From Isurus oxyrinchus (taxonomy: Eukaryota), in assembly GCA_026770705.1 (NCBI GenBank), contig JANJGN010000016.1:85746001-85810000 (forward strand): a stretch of DNA of 64,000 nt, in the 5' to 3' direction. The notes beneath the pieces are model-generated. The model was not told the origin of the DNA. It ran no database searches and was given only the letters and a program-made list of their open reading frames with translations. A program made the position numbers and the translations under genes. Numbering within the stretch: position 1 is the stretch's first letter; every line of letters starts with the position of its first letter. Below, one piece after another: positions 48,100-59,559 of the stretch.

Positions 48100-48990
48100 G
48101 TCAAATATCCTGCTATCAGGTCGAGGCTTCAACACACCAAGCCGCTCCTGGAGATGGATATTGAAGTCCTCCACACTGAGTACATTAACTGCCTTTGCCA
48201 CTCTCAGTGCTCCCTCCAAGTGATGTTCAACATGGAGGGGCACTAATTCACCAGCTGAGGGAGGGTGGTACGTGGTAATCAGCAGAAGGTTTCTTTGCCC
48301 ATGTTTGACCTGATGTTTTGTGACTTCATGGGGTTGGGAGTCGATGTTGATAACTCCCAGGACAACTCCCTCCTGACTGTATACCACTGTGTCACCACCT
48401 GTGCTGGGCCTGTCCTGCTGGTGGGATGGTGATGGTGGTGTCTGGGACATTATCTGTAAGGTATGATTCCGTGAGGATGACTCTGTCAGGCTGTTGCTTG
48501 ACTAGTCTGTGAGACAGCTCTCCCAATTTTGGCACTAGTCCCTAGATGTCAGTCAGGAGGACTTTGCAGGGTGGACAGGGCTGAGTTTGCTGTTGTCGTT
48601 TCCAGTGTCTAGATCAATGGCGGGAGGTCCGTCTGCTTTCATTCCTTTTAGACTTCATAGCAGTTTGGTACAAATGGGAGGACATTTCAGAGGCAGTGAA
48701 GAGTCAACCGCATTGCTGTGGGTCTGGAGTCACATGTAGGCCAGACCAGGTAAGGACAGCAGATTTCCTTCCCTAAAGGACATGAGTGAACCAGATGGGT
48801 TTTTACATCAATCGACAATGGTTTCATGGTCACCGTGACTGAGACTAACTTTTAATTCTGGATTTATTAATTGAATTTAAATTCCACCAGCTGCCGGGGT
48901 GGGATTTGAAGGTGTGACCCCAGACCATTACCCTGGGCCTCTGGATTACTGGTCCAATAACATTGCCGCTACCCCACAGCCTCCCCCGTG
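48100..48990 (-). mobile_element. Non-LTR element 5' end: tRNA-derived head fused to AP-endonuclease coding sequence
   Basis: A-box-like TGGGGTAGCGG (48966-48976) and B-box-like TTCAAATCCC (48901-48910) on the minus strand, collinear with the APE remnant (ORF 48079-48450: QQDRPSTGGDTVVYS..LLLITTYHPPS..DFNIH). Confidence 0.75.
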
Positions 48991-49349
48991 TTGTGCTCCC
49001 GGGTTCCATCGAAATGTATCCCAGCATGAAGTGTCCCTCAGGAGGGGAGAGGGAACGTTTGGAGTTCTGAGCTCCATTTCCCACCCCGGGCATTTTGTCT
49101 TCCAATGAATGAATGAGATGTCAATTTCGAGCCAGGTTCGGGACAGTCTCGAGCTGTGGACCCAGGTCTACAAGAGGGAATTGGAGATCTCCCTGAAAAG
49201 GAAAGATTTGCTGGGTTATGGGGACAGAGATGGGGAGTGGGACTCACTGGGTAACTCACAGGCAGGATGGGCTGAATGGCCTCCTTCTGTGCTGTAAGAT
49301 CTAGGTAGTGGACACGGTTCACAGTTTTCTCCCGTGTCAGTAACAAACA

Positions 49350-49460
49350 TCCAGCTGCTCTGAGCTCCTTCTTTCACTTCCTCTCTTGGTTACGTTTCAA
49401 TCTTGCGATCGGACAATCTTTGCAGTTATTTTTTACACTGGGGGTTTCTGCTGTGGTCTG
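49350..49460. promoter_or_regulatory. Candidate upstream enhancer: E-box, EICE and RUNX motif in a non-repetitive island
   Basis: CAGCTG 49352-49357; TTTCACTTCC (GGAAGTGAAA) 49372-49381; TGTGGT 49452-49457. Confidence 0.4.
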
Positions 49461-49529
49461 AATCTGTAATAATAACTGTCCAATCCGTGAAAAGAACAGC
49501 AGCTAAGAGCAGTCAGGACTGAGGAGGCA

Positions 49530-50255
49530 GGCTCACTGGGAAACACATTGGGAAGATCAAAGCCATCATCTTCAGCTCCTGATACAAACTCCATCCCTCT
49601 CCCTGAGCACTGTCTGCTGCTGAACCAGACTCTTCACAACCTTGGCCTCATCTTTCTGCTCCTCCACAGCTGCCAGCATCTCACCATTTACAAATTACTC
49701 TGATCCATCTTTCTTCAGTTCAAAGTGGATGATTTCACACTCCCCATGTTGAGCTCCATCTGCCATTGTCTTCAGTCCCCATCACAAACTCTGTTCCCTC
49801 ATCACCAATTCCATCCCTCTCCCTGGGTCTGTCTGACACTGAACCACACAGTTCACAGCCATGGTGTCCAGTTTGACCCTGAGATGAGCTTCCGACCACA
49901 TCATCTGCTCCATCGCTAAGAGAGCCTATTTCCACCTCGGTAACATCGCCCGAGTCCAGCCTGCCTCAGACCATCTGCTGCTGAGAATCTCCTCCATGTC
50001 TTTGTTCCCTGAAACGTGACGATTCCAATGCTGCCCTGGCCGGAGTCACACCTTCCACACTCCATAAACATGAGCTCATCCCAAACTCTGCTGCCCGGAT
50101 CTGAACTCACACCAAGTCCCGTTCACCCATCACCCCCTGTGCTCACTGACCTCCCAGCCCAGCAATGTCTCGATTTTAAAATTCTCATCCTTGTTCTCAA
50201 ATCCCTCTCAGTCCTCGACACTCCCCATCTCTGTAGCCTCCTCCAAGCCGCCTAA
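49530..50255 (+). mobile_element. L2 LINE fragments
   Basis: GVQFDPEMSFRPH and AYFHLGNIAR remnants; CLDFKILILVLKSL (ORF 50016-50255). Confidence 0.8.
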
Positions 50256-50715
50256 CTTAGTGTCGTCAGCAATCTTGGATATATGGCTCTCTATTTCTTC
50301 ATCCAAATCATTGATAAATATTGTGGAAAGCTGAGGCTCTTGCACCGATCCCTGGGGACATCACTATTCACATCTTGCTAATTGGAGCACATACACATTA
50401 TCCCTTCTCTCTGTCTCCTGCCTCCTAACCAGTTCCTCATCCATGGCAACAGGTTTCCTCAAATTCCATCTGCTTCCATTATTATTCACAGTCTCTCATG
50501 TTGAACCTTCTCGAATGCCTTCTGGAAATCCATATCAATAGAAAAGACTTTCCCTGATCTACCACATTAGTGACCTCCTTAAAAAATGTAACCGGGTTAG
50601 TTAAAGATGTCTGATCCTTTTTAAGTCCATGCTGACTCTCTGATCAGTTCATATTTATCATTCATTCTGTCTCTAATAACAGGTTCCAGTCACTTCCCCA
50701 TTACAGACATTAAAC
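50256..50715 (-). mobile_element. Degenerate CR1 RT fragment
   Basis: Plus-strand GTCGTCAGCAA (FADD on the minus strand), GATCCCTGGGGACA (VPQGS) and AATGCCTTCTGGAAATCCAT (MDFQKAF). Confidence 0.75.
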
Positions 50716-51347
50716 TGAGAGGTTAGTTCTGAATAATCCGAGTGCACAGCTAGCACAGACACAAGGGGCTGAATGGCCTCCTCCTGTGCTATAGGCTTAT
50801 CAGGCTCCTTGACTGAAACATATGGATGGGAACAGGAGGTGGGCTGGAGCTTAAACAATGAGTTAAATGTAGACAGAGTGTCATTAGTGGGTAATGTACA
50901 GTGTACATTGTGTCCATGAGCCTCTCGAAAAGATGTCTTTCTCTTTTTCCCTTTTCAGCTCCAGGCCTCTCATTAAGGAGCTGAAAGAATATTTAGTGAA
51001 GAAGTTTGCGGAGTGTGCGGGCTGTGTGAAGGATTTCGGCAGTGACTGATGATTGCAGCTCCTTGTTCAGTCTGCTCCTCCCTCACCACTGATCAAGACA
51101 TGTAACCTCGTGTCACACTGAGTGAGATTACAATCAATATCATAGCGTCAGTCACAGAAAACAACAGCATCACAGTCTGAGACACTGGGACAGATATCAC
51201 TGCATCACGTCAAAGAACAGAGCCCTGATCCCCTCCCACAATGCTCAGAAACCATAGAGCATCGAAAATATACTGACAAACACCCCCTTATATTAAACAC
51301 TCACACCCAGAGAACATCTACAGAGGGACAAGGCAGGATAGAGATTG

Positions 51348-51383
51348 AGAGAGAGAGAGAGAGAGAGAGAGAGTGAGAGAGAG
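51348..51383. repeat. (GA)n microsatellite
   Basis: About 18 GA units directly abutting the inverted satellite copy. Confidence 0.95.
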
Positions 51384-51697
51384 ACCTGATGCCCTACCCC
51401 CAACCCACTTGCCTGACACCCTATCCACTCACCCCCCCCACCTGCCACCCTCTCCTCTCGCCCACATACCTACCAATCTACCCCCTTACCCACTTACCTG
51501 ACACCCTACCCCCTCACCTACTTACCTGACACCGTACCCCCTCACCCACTTACCTGACACCCTGCCCCCTCACCCACTTACCTGCCGCTCTAACCTCTCG
51601 CTCACGTACCTACCACCCTACCCCCTCGCCCACTTTCCTGACACCCAACTTCCTCAGAAACTTACTTGACATCTACCCCCTCACCAACTTAAGTGAC
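51384..51697 (-). repeat. Inverted copy of the terminal segment (33966-34278) of the G-rich satellite
   Basis: The reverse complement aligns monomer by monomer, including idiosyncratic variants (GTCACTTAAGTTGG, GATGTCAAGTAAGTTTCTGAGGAAGTTGGG, GGTACGTGAGCGAGAGG, GCATCAGGT). Confidence 0.93.
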
Positions 51698-54600
51698 TAA
51701 AGCATCCTTCTGTCATCACCCTCTGTCTCCTACAACTAAACCAATTTTGAATCCATCTTATCAAATTACCCTGTATCCCATGTCCATTTGCCTTCTTTAT
51801 AATTTTGCCATGTGGGAACTTGTCGAAGGCTTTGCTGAAATCCATATAAACTACATCAACTACACTACCCTTATCTACACACCTGGTCACCTCCTCAAAA
51901 CATTCAATCAAATTTGTAAGGCATGACCCCCTTCTGACAAAGCCATGCTGACTATCCCTGATCAAACCTTGCCTTTCCAAGTGGAGATAGATACTCTCCT
52001 TCAGAACTTTCTCCAATAGTTTCCCTACCACTGATGTGAGACTCACTGGCCTGTAATTCCCTGGCTTATCTCTACAACACTTCTTATACAGCGGAACCAC
52101 ATTAGCTTTTCTCCAGTCCTCTGGCACCTCCCCCGTGGCCAGAGAGGAATTAAAAATTTGGGTCAGAGCCCTTCAGATCTTCTCCCTTACCTCCTTCAGC
52201 AGTCTGGAAGACAGATCGTCCGGACCTGGAGATTTGTCCACTCTTAAGCCTGCCAACATCTCCAATACCTTGTCAATCCATATATCAATTTATTTAAGAA
52301 CCTTGCAGTCTCTCTCCCCGAGTTCCATACCTTCATTCTCATTCTCTTGGTTGAAGACGGATGAGAAGTATTCATTCAACACTCTAGCGATGTCCGCTGG
52401 CTCCACCCATAGATTGCCCCCTTGTTCCCTAATGGGCCCTACTCTTTCCCTGGTTATCCTCTTCCCATTGATATACATCTGGAATATCTTGGGATTTTCC
52501 CTACTTTTACCAGCCAGAGCTTTCTCATATCCCCTCTTTGCTCTCCTAATTGCTTTCTAAGCTCCACTCTGCACTGTCTGTACTCCACTAATGCCTCCGC
52601 TGATTTGCTTCCCTTGTACCTGCTAAAAGCCTCTCTCTTCATTTTCATCGTATCCTGAATATCTCTGGTCATCCATGGTTCTCTGGGCTTGTTACTCCTT
52701 CCTATCACCCGAGAGGGAACATATTGAGCCTGTACCCTCCCCATTTCCTTTTTCAATACCCCCCACTGCTCCTCTGTAGATTTCCCCACAAGTAACTGTT
52801 CCCAGTCTACCTTGGCCAGATCCTGCCTTATTTTACTAAAATCCACTCTCCCCCAATCCAAAACATTTTTTTGCAACTTGCCTATTTCTTTGTTCATAAC
52901 AAGCTTAAACTGTACCATGTTGTGGTCAATATCACTAAAATGCTCCCCCACCGCCACCTCAGCCACCTGTCCGGCTTCATTCCCCAAAATTAGTCCAGCA
53001 ATGCACCATCCCTTGTTGGACCCTCTACATATTGACCTAAAAAGTCCTCCTGTAAACATTTCAAAATATCCAATCCATCCAAGCACTTAACATTATGTCT
53101 ATCCCAATTAATGTTGTAAAGTTGAAATCTCCTAATATAATTACCCTATTGTTATTGTTTTTACACGCCTCCGCAAATTGTGCTCATATTTGCTCCTCAA
53201 TTTCCTGCTGACTATTTGGGGATCTATAATAAACACCTAACAATGTGGCTGCCCCTTTTTCATTCCTAAGCTCCACCCACAAAGCTTCATTCCATGCCCC
53301 CTCCAAGATATCATCTCTCCTTACTGCAGTAACTGACTCCTTGACTAATAATGCAATGCCTCCTCCTCTTTTACTCCCTGCCCTGCCTCGCCTGAAGATT
53401 CTATATCCCAGAATGTTGAGCTGCCAATCCTGCCCCTCCCTCAGCCACGTTTCATTGATGGCCAATATATCACAATTCCACGTGTCAATCCTCACCCTTA
53501 ACTCATCCGTTTTACGTGTAATACTCCTGGCCTTAAAGTAGAGGCCATCCAGCCTTGCCTTACTCCCTTGAAACTTAATGCAGCTGTGCACCGTCTGACT
53601 TGATTGTTTTATTGTATTATGATGTGTCCCTATTCTGTTAACATTCTGTGTTCCCTCCCCCTGCCAAATTATTTTAAACACCTCCCAACAGCACTGGCAA
53701 ACCCGCCTGCAAGTATGTTAGTCCCGCTCTGGTTCAGATGTAGACTGATCCACTTGTACAGGTCCCACCTTCCCCAGAAATGGTCCCAGTGATCCAGGAA
53801 TCTAAAACCCTCCCTCCTGCACCAACTCTTAATCCACGTATTTATCTGCACTATTCTCCTATTTCTGTGCTCGCTAGAATGTGGCACTGGGAGTAATCCA
53901 GAGCTTACAACCCGAGAGGTCTTGCTTTTTAGTCTACTGCCTAACTCCCTGAAATATTGATGCAAGACCTCATCCCTCTTTCTACCTATGTCATTGGTAC
54001 CAACATGTACCATGACCTCTGCCTTATCACCCTCCCACTTCAGGATGCCCTGCAGCTGTTCAGTGACATCCCGGACCCTGGCACCAAGGAGACAACACAC
54101 CATCCTGGAGTCACATTGACAGCCACAGTAGCGCCTACCTGTTCCCCTGACTATATAATCCTCTATTAGTATTGCTCTTCCTCCCGTCTGGTACAGACAG
54201 GCTGCTTGTGGTGCCAGAAGCTTGGCTCTGTCTGCACTCTCTGGAGGAACCAGCATCCTCATCAGACTCCAAAATGTAATACCGATTTGTGAGCGGGACC
54301 ACAGGGGACTCCTGAACTACCTGCCTGTTTCGTTTGGACTGCCTTGTGGTCACCCATTCCTTTCCTTCCTCAAGTCACTTCAGTTGCGATGTGAGCACCT
54401 CTCTAAATGTGCTATCCACGATGATCTCAGACTCACAGATGCCGCACAGTGTCTCCAGCTTCCGTTCCAGCTCTGAAATCTGAGCTTCCAGGAGCTGCAG
54501 CTGGACACACTTCCTGCACAAATGCTGGTCCCAGGCACTGGAAATGTTCCCAGCTTCACACATGGAGCACGAGGAGCACACCACGGCTTTGAGCTCTCCA

Positions 54601-54950
54601 GCCATGATTTATCCCTTTAAATTAAACATTGTAAATCAATTACTCTAAGGCCCTTCTTTCCTGATCCTCATTACTACAGAATATACAAACCATAAACCAA
54701 TCTTTGATTATAGTCCTTAAACTATAAGCAATAGAAGTAGTAAATACTTACCCAACCTTACCCACTACTTACCAGCCATTCCTTTCCCTTGTAGCCTCTA
54801 CTGCTGTAGCAGGGCAAGACCACTCTCTGAAGATTTAAGAAGTTGGATAGCAAAGAAAAAAACGCAAAGAGCATCTCTTCCCTTGTGCAGCGAATTCCCA
54901 CTGTGCACCAAATTGCCAATACCAACACTCACTCTGACTGTGTCTCACTC
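51698..54950 (-). mobile_element. CR1 LINE retaining its 5' region, ORF1 (CxxC zinc-finger/coiled-coil plus SGNH esterase) and ORF2 (APE to mid-RT); 3'-truncated and frameshifted
   Basis: ORFs 54375-54605 (VVCSSCSM..LCRKC..LEAQISELE), 53669-54262 (LGARVRD..VHVGTNDI..LHLN), 53184-53681 (ARSI..AINETWL..GGGIALLVK..GVYYRSP), 52454-53086 and 51681-52127 (PEDWR..NYRPVSLTS..SQHGF..YMDFSKAFDK). Confidence 0.95.
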
Positions 54951-54969
54951 AGGGTGAAGTCTCTCTGCT

Positions 54970-56135
54970 GTTTGTGTGCAAGCATTATTAACTAGCAAAT
55001 TCAAGGCACAGATGGAGGTAAATGCCGATGATTTAGTTGCCATTACAGAAATGTGGCTACAGGGTGACAAAGACTGGGAACTGAATATTCAATGATATTT
55101 GACATTTAGGAAGGACAGGAGAAAGGAAAAGGTGTTAGTACTGCGCTGATAATAAGGGACAGGATCAGGCATTAGTATGGGTGGATCTCAGATCAGAAGA
55201 ACAATGTGTGGAATCTGTTTGTGTGGGAGCTAAGAAACAGCAAGAGGCAGCAAAGATTGGTTGGAGCTGTTCATCAGCCACCAAACAGTATTGGTAATGT
55301 GGGGCATGATATTGATCAGGAGATTAGAGACATGTGTAGAATGGGTAATACAGTGATCATGGGTGATTTCAATTTGCATATAGACTGGGTAAGAGCAATG
55401 AGCACTGACACTGGGGAGGAGGAGTTTCTGGAGTGTGTTAGGGATGGTTTTCTAGAGCAGAATGTTGAGGAACGGGCCAGAGGACAGGCTATTATAGATC
55501 GAGTATTCGGTAATTTACATTATGTTTGAAAGTGAGGCAGTTCAATCTGAAACCAGTGTGTTAAATTTCAACAAGGAGAATGATTTCTCCTTGGGTTTCT
55601 GTGAGAGGGAAAATTGCTTGATGTGGATTGGGAAATACATTGAAAGGTGTGACAGTACATTGGCAATGGATAGTCTTTAGTGAATTATTACATAGTTTAC
55701 TGCAATTATACATTCCTTCAAGGCACAAAAACCAAAAAAGAAAAATCAGTCAACCGTGGCTAACAAAGGACATTAAGGATTGTTTAAGATTAAAAGTAAA
55801 GGCTTATAAAGTTGTCAAAAATATTAGTAAACTTGAGGATTGGGAGCATTTTAGAAAACAGCAAAGGAGAGCCAAGAAACTGATAAAGGGAGAATAGAAA
55901 ATGAATGTAAACTCGCAAAAGACATATAAACGGACTGTAAAAGCTTCTGTAGATATGAAAAAGGAAATGTTTAGCTAAAATAAATGTGGGTCCATTACAG
56001 GCAGCTAAGAGAATTTATAATGGGGAATAGAGAAATGGCAGAGAAGCTAAATGCTAACTTTGTGTCTGTCTTCACTGACAAAGATACAGGAAATCTCCCA
56101 GAGTTAGAGATCCAAGGGACCAGGGAGAATGAGAA
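54970..56135 (+). mobile_element. CR1 LINE fragment (endonuclease and linker), degenerate
   Basis: ITEMWLQG remnant; ORF 55206-55529 (VIMGDFNLHIDW..FLECVRDGFLEQ); ORF 55628-55897 (QPWLTKDIK); ORF 55984-56238 (MAEKLNANFVSVFT). Confidence 0.88.
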
Positions 56136-56659
56136 ATTGTTTTTTTTATCTGCAGCCGCCAGTTTGTTTCCAATCGGTTTCCTGTCGTGTCGAAATTCCC
56201 GGGGTTATGGAGGCAAAATTTGTGGTCATCATATTTAATTAACTAATCTTATTTTACAGTTTTGAATACATCGCTTGATCATGTTTAGCTGATAGGAGGA
56301 TTCACTGAAATGTTTCTGGGTAAACTTACCCCCGCCACTTCTTGTGCGGTGATCGTCTCTTTGTGATTTTTTTCTCCTGTTCCAGTCGCCTCTCTCAGAA
56401 GCTGCTCTGTCACGTTTCAGTTTAAACCATGAGGGTGTCTCCCATACTCTCCTCTCTCTCTCTCTCTCTCGAATATCTGAACCTGTTTATATCCCTTTGC
56501 AGTCTCTTTGTATCCTCCTCACAGCTTACTTTCCCAACTAACTATTTATTGTCAGTAAACCTGACTGTGTTACACTCAGACCCCTCGTCTAAATCATTGC
56601 TCTCGATTGTAAATAGCAAAGACCCAATGATCCTGTCCTGTTAGTTCCAGCTCTCCATC

Positions 56660-57790
56660 CTGATAACAGGGACACAGGAACGTCAGAACAGGAGTAGGCC
56701 ATTCGGCCCTTCGAGCCTGCTCCATCATTCAATACGAGACCGGCTAATCCAGTTATAGTCTCAGCTCCACTTTCCTGCCCCCCTTAAGCCTTGACTTTGT
56801 TGCCTATAAAAATCTAACTCTGCACTGAATCAATTCAAAAACCCTGGCTCCACTACTTTCTGGGGAAGAGAATTCCACGCACCAACTACACTTTGGGATA
56901 AAGCTTTTCTTCACATCTCTTGCTTAAAAGGGAGACCCCTTATTTTTAAACTATGACCCCCTAGTTCTAGTCCCCCCAGATGAGGAAACACCCTCAGGGG
57001 ATCCACTCTATCAAGTCCCCGCAGGATCTTATATGTTTCAATAAGATCCCCTCTCGCTCTTTGAAACTCCAGTGGATATAGGCCTGACCTGTTGAAGCTT
57101 CCTTCATAAAACAACACATTCATCCCAGGAATGAGTTCAGTGAACCTTCTCTGAACTGCTCCTAAAGCAATTCTATCTTTATTTCAAACCTATCTAATAT
57201 GTTTGAATAGTGACTGTTTCATTCCCGCCGTGTTCTGTCCGTTAGCTTGTCCGGAATCCCTGTTCATACATTCTCCCCAATCCCATGAGCCCTAATCTTG
57301 TTTCACAACCTCCCGTGTGGAATCTTATCCAGTGTCTCCTGAAAATCCAAATATACCGAATCGATGGCTCCTCCGTATCGACCCTGCCAGTTACACACTG
57401 AAAAATCTACAATCCTTCAGTCAGACATGATTCCCTTTCATAAATCCCTGTTGACCGAGTCTAATCAAGGCCGGGATTTTCCAAGTGTCCTGTTACCACA
57501 TCCCCCATAAAAGATTCCAGTATTTTCCCTATTCCTGATGTCAGACTAACTGGTCTATAATTCCCTGTTTTCTCCCTCCCTCCTTTCTGGAACAGTGGGG
57601 TTACATTCACTACCTTCCAATCCATGGGGAATGGTCTAGAATCTGGGGAATTCAGGAAGATGAAACCCATGCATCCGCTCTCTCTGCAGCCACATCTATT
57701 AGACCCCGAGGATGTTGGGCACCAGGTCCAGGGGATTTATCACCTTTTACCCCATTAATCTTTCTAGAACTTATCATCACTAATGAAAAG
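56660..57790 (-). mobile_element. CR1 LINE fragments with 3' terminus near 56670
   Basis: ORFs 56911-57123 (RGDLIETYKILRGLDR) and 57461-57670 (DWKVVNVTPLFQKGGREKTGNYRPVSLTS); 3' end motif GAACAGGAGTAGGCCATTCGGCCC on the plus strand. Confidence 0.88.
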
Positions 57791-57800
57791 TACTGGAGCG

Positions 57801-58146
57801 TGGGGAGGGGGTGAGGTGGATCTTCCTATTCCTCTATGGGGGAGGGGGTGAGGTAGATCTTCCTATTCCTCTATGGGGGTGGGGGTGAGGTGGATCTTCC
57901 TATTCCTCTATGGGTGATGGGGTGAGGTGGATCTTCCTATTCCTCTATGGGGTAGGGGTGAGGTGGATCTTCCTATTCCTCTATGGGGGAGGGGGGAGGT
58001 GGATCTTCCTATTCCTCTATGGGCATGGAGGTGAGATGGATCTTCCTATTCCTCTATGGGTGATGGGGTGAGGTGGATCTTCCTATTCCTCTATGGGTGT
58101 GGGGATGAGATGGATCTTCCTATTCCTCTATGGGGAAGGAGGTGAG
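57801..58146. repeat. 37-bp minisatellite, ~9 copies
   Basis: Unit TCTTCCTATTCCTCTATGGGGGAGGGGGTGAGGTGGA at 57821, 57858, 57895 and onward. Confidence 0.95.
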
Positions 58147-58559
58147 GTGGATCTTGCTTCTGGAACCTGCAATGATAACATTGGGAGGGTTTGGGTACAG
58201 TCTGTGTGACCTCTACAGGAGGGTCTGTGTGATGAGACCATATGGAGTTGGGAGTGAGGATGGGTTTGGGGAATTCGGGATTGGGAATATCTGTCTCTCT
58301 GTGAGGAAGCTGGAATGCTCACATACCTCCCGGTGAGATGTCCCCCAGCTGCTCTCCCTGCATTCACTGTGTCTCCCACTGCCCTCCCGCTCACCACCAG
58401 CACTGCCTCCTCAAGGGGAGGGACCTCATACTGACGTGCCCCTCCTCCCCATGGTCAGGTCCTGCTCGAGCCTGTTCTGTGCTATCTCGTCCTGGAAGAG
58501 ACAGAGTGCTGACTGGGAATTCCATTCTTATCGATCTAATCACAGAGAATTACCTGCAA

Positions 58560-59380
58560 TGTCTTCTCTTCCAGCTCCTGGTCTGTTCCCTCTGGTGTCT
58601 CTCAAGGATCTAATTGTGGCCGCCTCCGATTTCTCATCTACTTACTGCCCCACATCTGAAATCACAGCATCAGGTTCCACGTGTACACTGACAGCACCCA
58701 GCTCCATCTCACCACCATCTCTCTCAACCCCTCCACAGTCTCAAAATGATCAGACTCGTATCCGATATTCACTCCTGGATAAGCAGGAATATCCACCAAC
58801 TGAATACCGGGAATTCCAAAGCCAATGCCTTCAGTCCATGCCACAATCTCCATTTCCTAGCCACCAGTTCCATCCCTCTCCCTGTCTGCTCTGTGGCTGT
58901 TCACAAACTTGGTGTTATATTTGCCCCTGAGATGGGCTTCTAACCATGTAACTGTGTCATCACTAAGACCGTCTATTTCCACCTCCATAAAAACACCTGA
59001 CTCTGGCCCAGCTCATCTCATCTTCTATGGAAACCTTCATCAATGTCTGTGTAACCTCCAGACATGACTATTCGAACATACTCCTGACCCACATCCAACA
59101 TCCTACCCTCCATACTCTCGATATCACCCAAAATCTGCTGCCTGTGTCTCCTTCGTCTATCACCCCTGCGCTCACTGACACACACTGACTCTCAGTCAAG
59201 CACAGCCTTGAATTTAAAATTCGCACCCTTGTTTAGAAATCCCTCCATAGCCTGTACCCTCCCCCGCCCCCGCCATCTCTGTAACATCCTCCAGCCCCAC
59301 AACTCTCTGGGATATCTATGTTGCTCTAATGCTGCCTCTTGAATTTCCCCCAGTCTATTTTCTCCATTATTAGCAATTGT
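58560..59380 (+). mobile_element. Degenerate L2 LINE fragment
   Basis: Remnants of GVSQGS, FHVYTDSTQL, SDIHSWISRN..QLNTGNS, LGVIFAPEM and EFKIRTLV. Confidence 0.8.
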
Positions 59381-59559
59381 GACACTGATCCACGACCTCC
59401 CATTCTCTGCACCCCGGAGTTACCCCAGATGATGCTCTGGGAGTTGTCAGGATAATTGTTGATTGTGACAGCGGACTCTAGGATTAGATACTATACGGTG
59501 CTCTGTGCTAGATAGAGGGTCACTTAACCTGGGGGTTGAAGGTCAGAGAGCTCGTGTTG

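Noticed and set aside
51698-54950. Active or domesticated CR1 / host esterase gene
   Set aside because: ORF1 and ORF2 are broken by frameshifts, RT is truncated, and an SGNH esterase is a normal CR1 ORF1 component.
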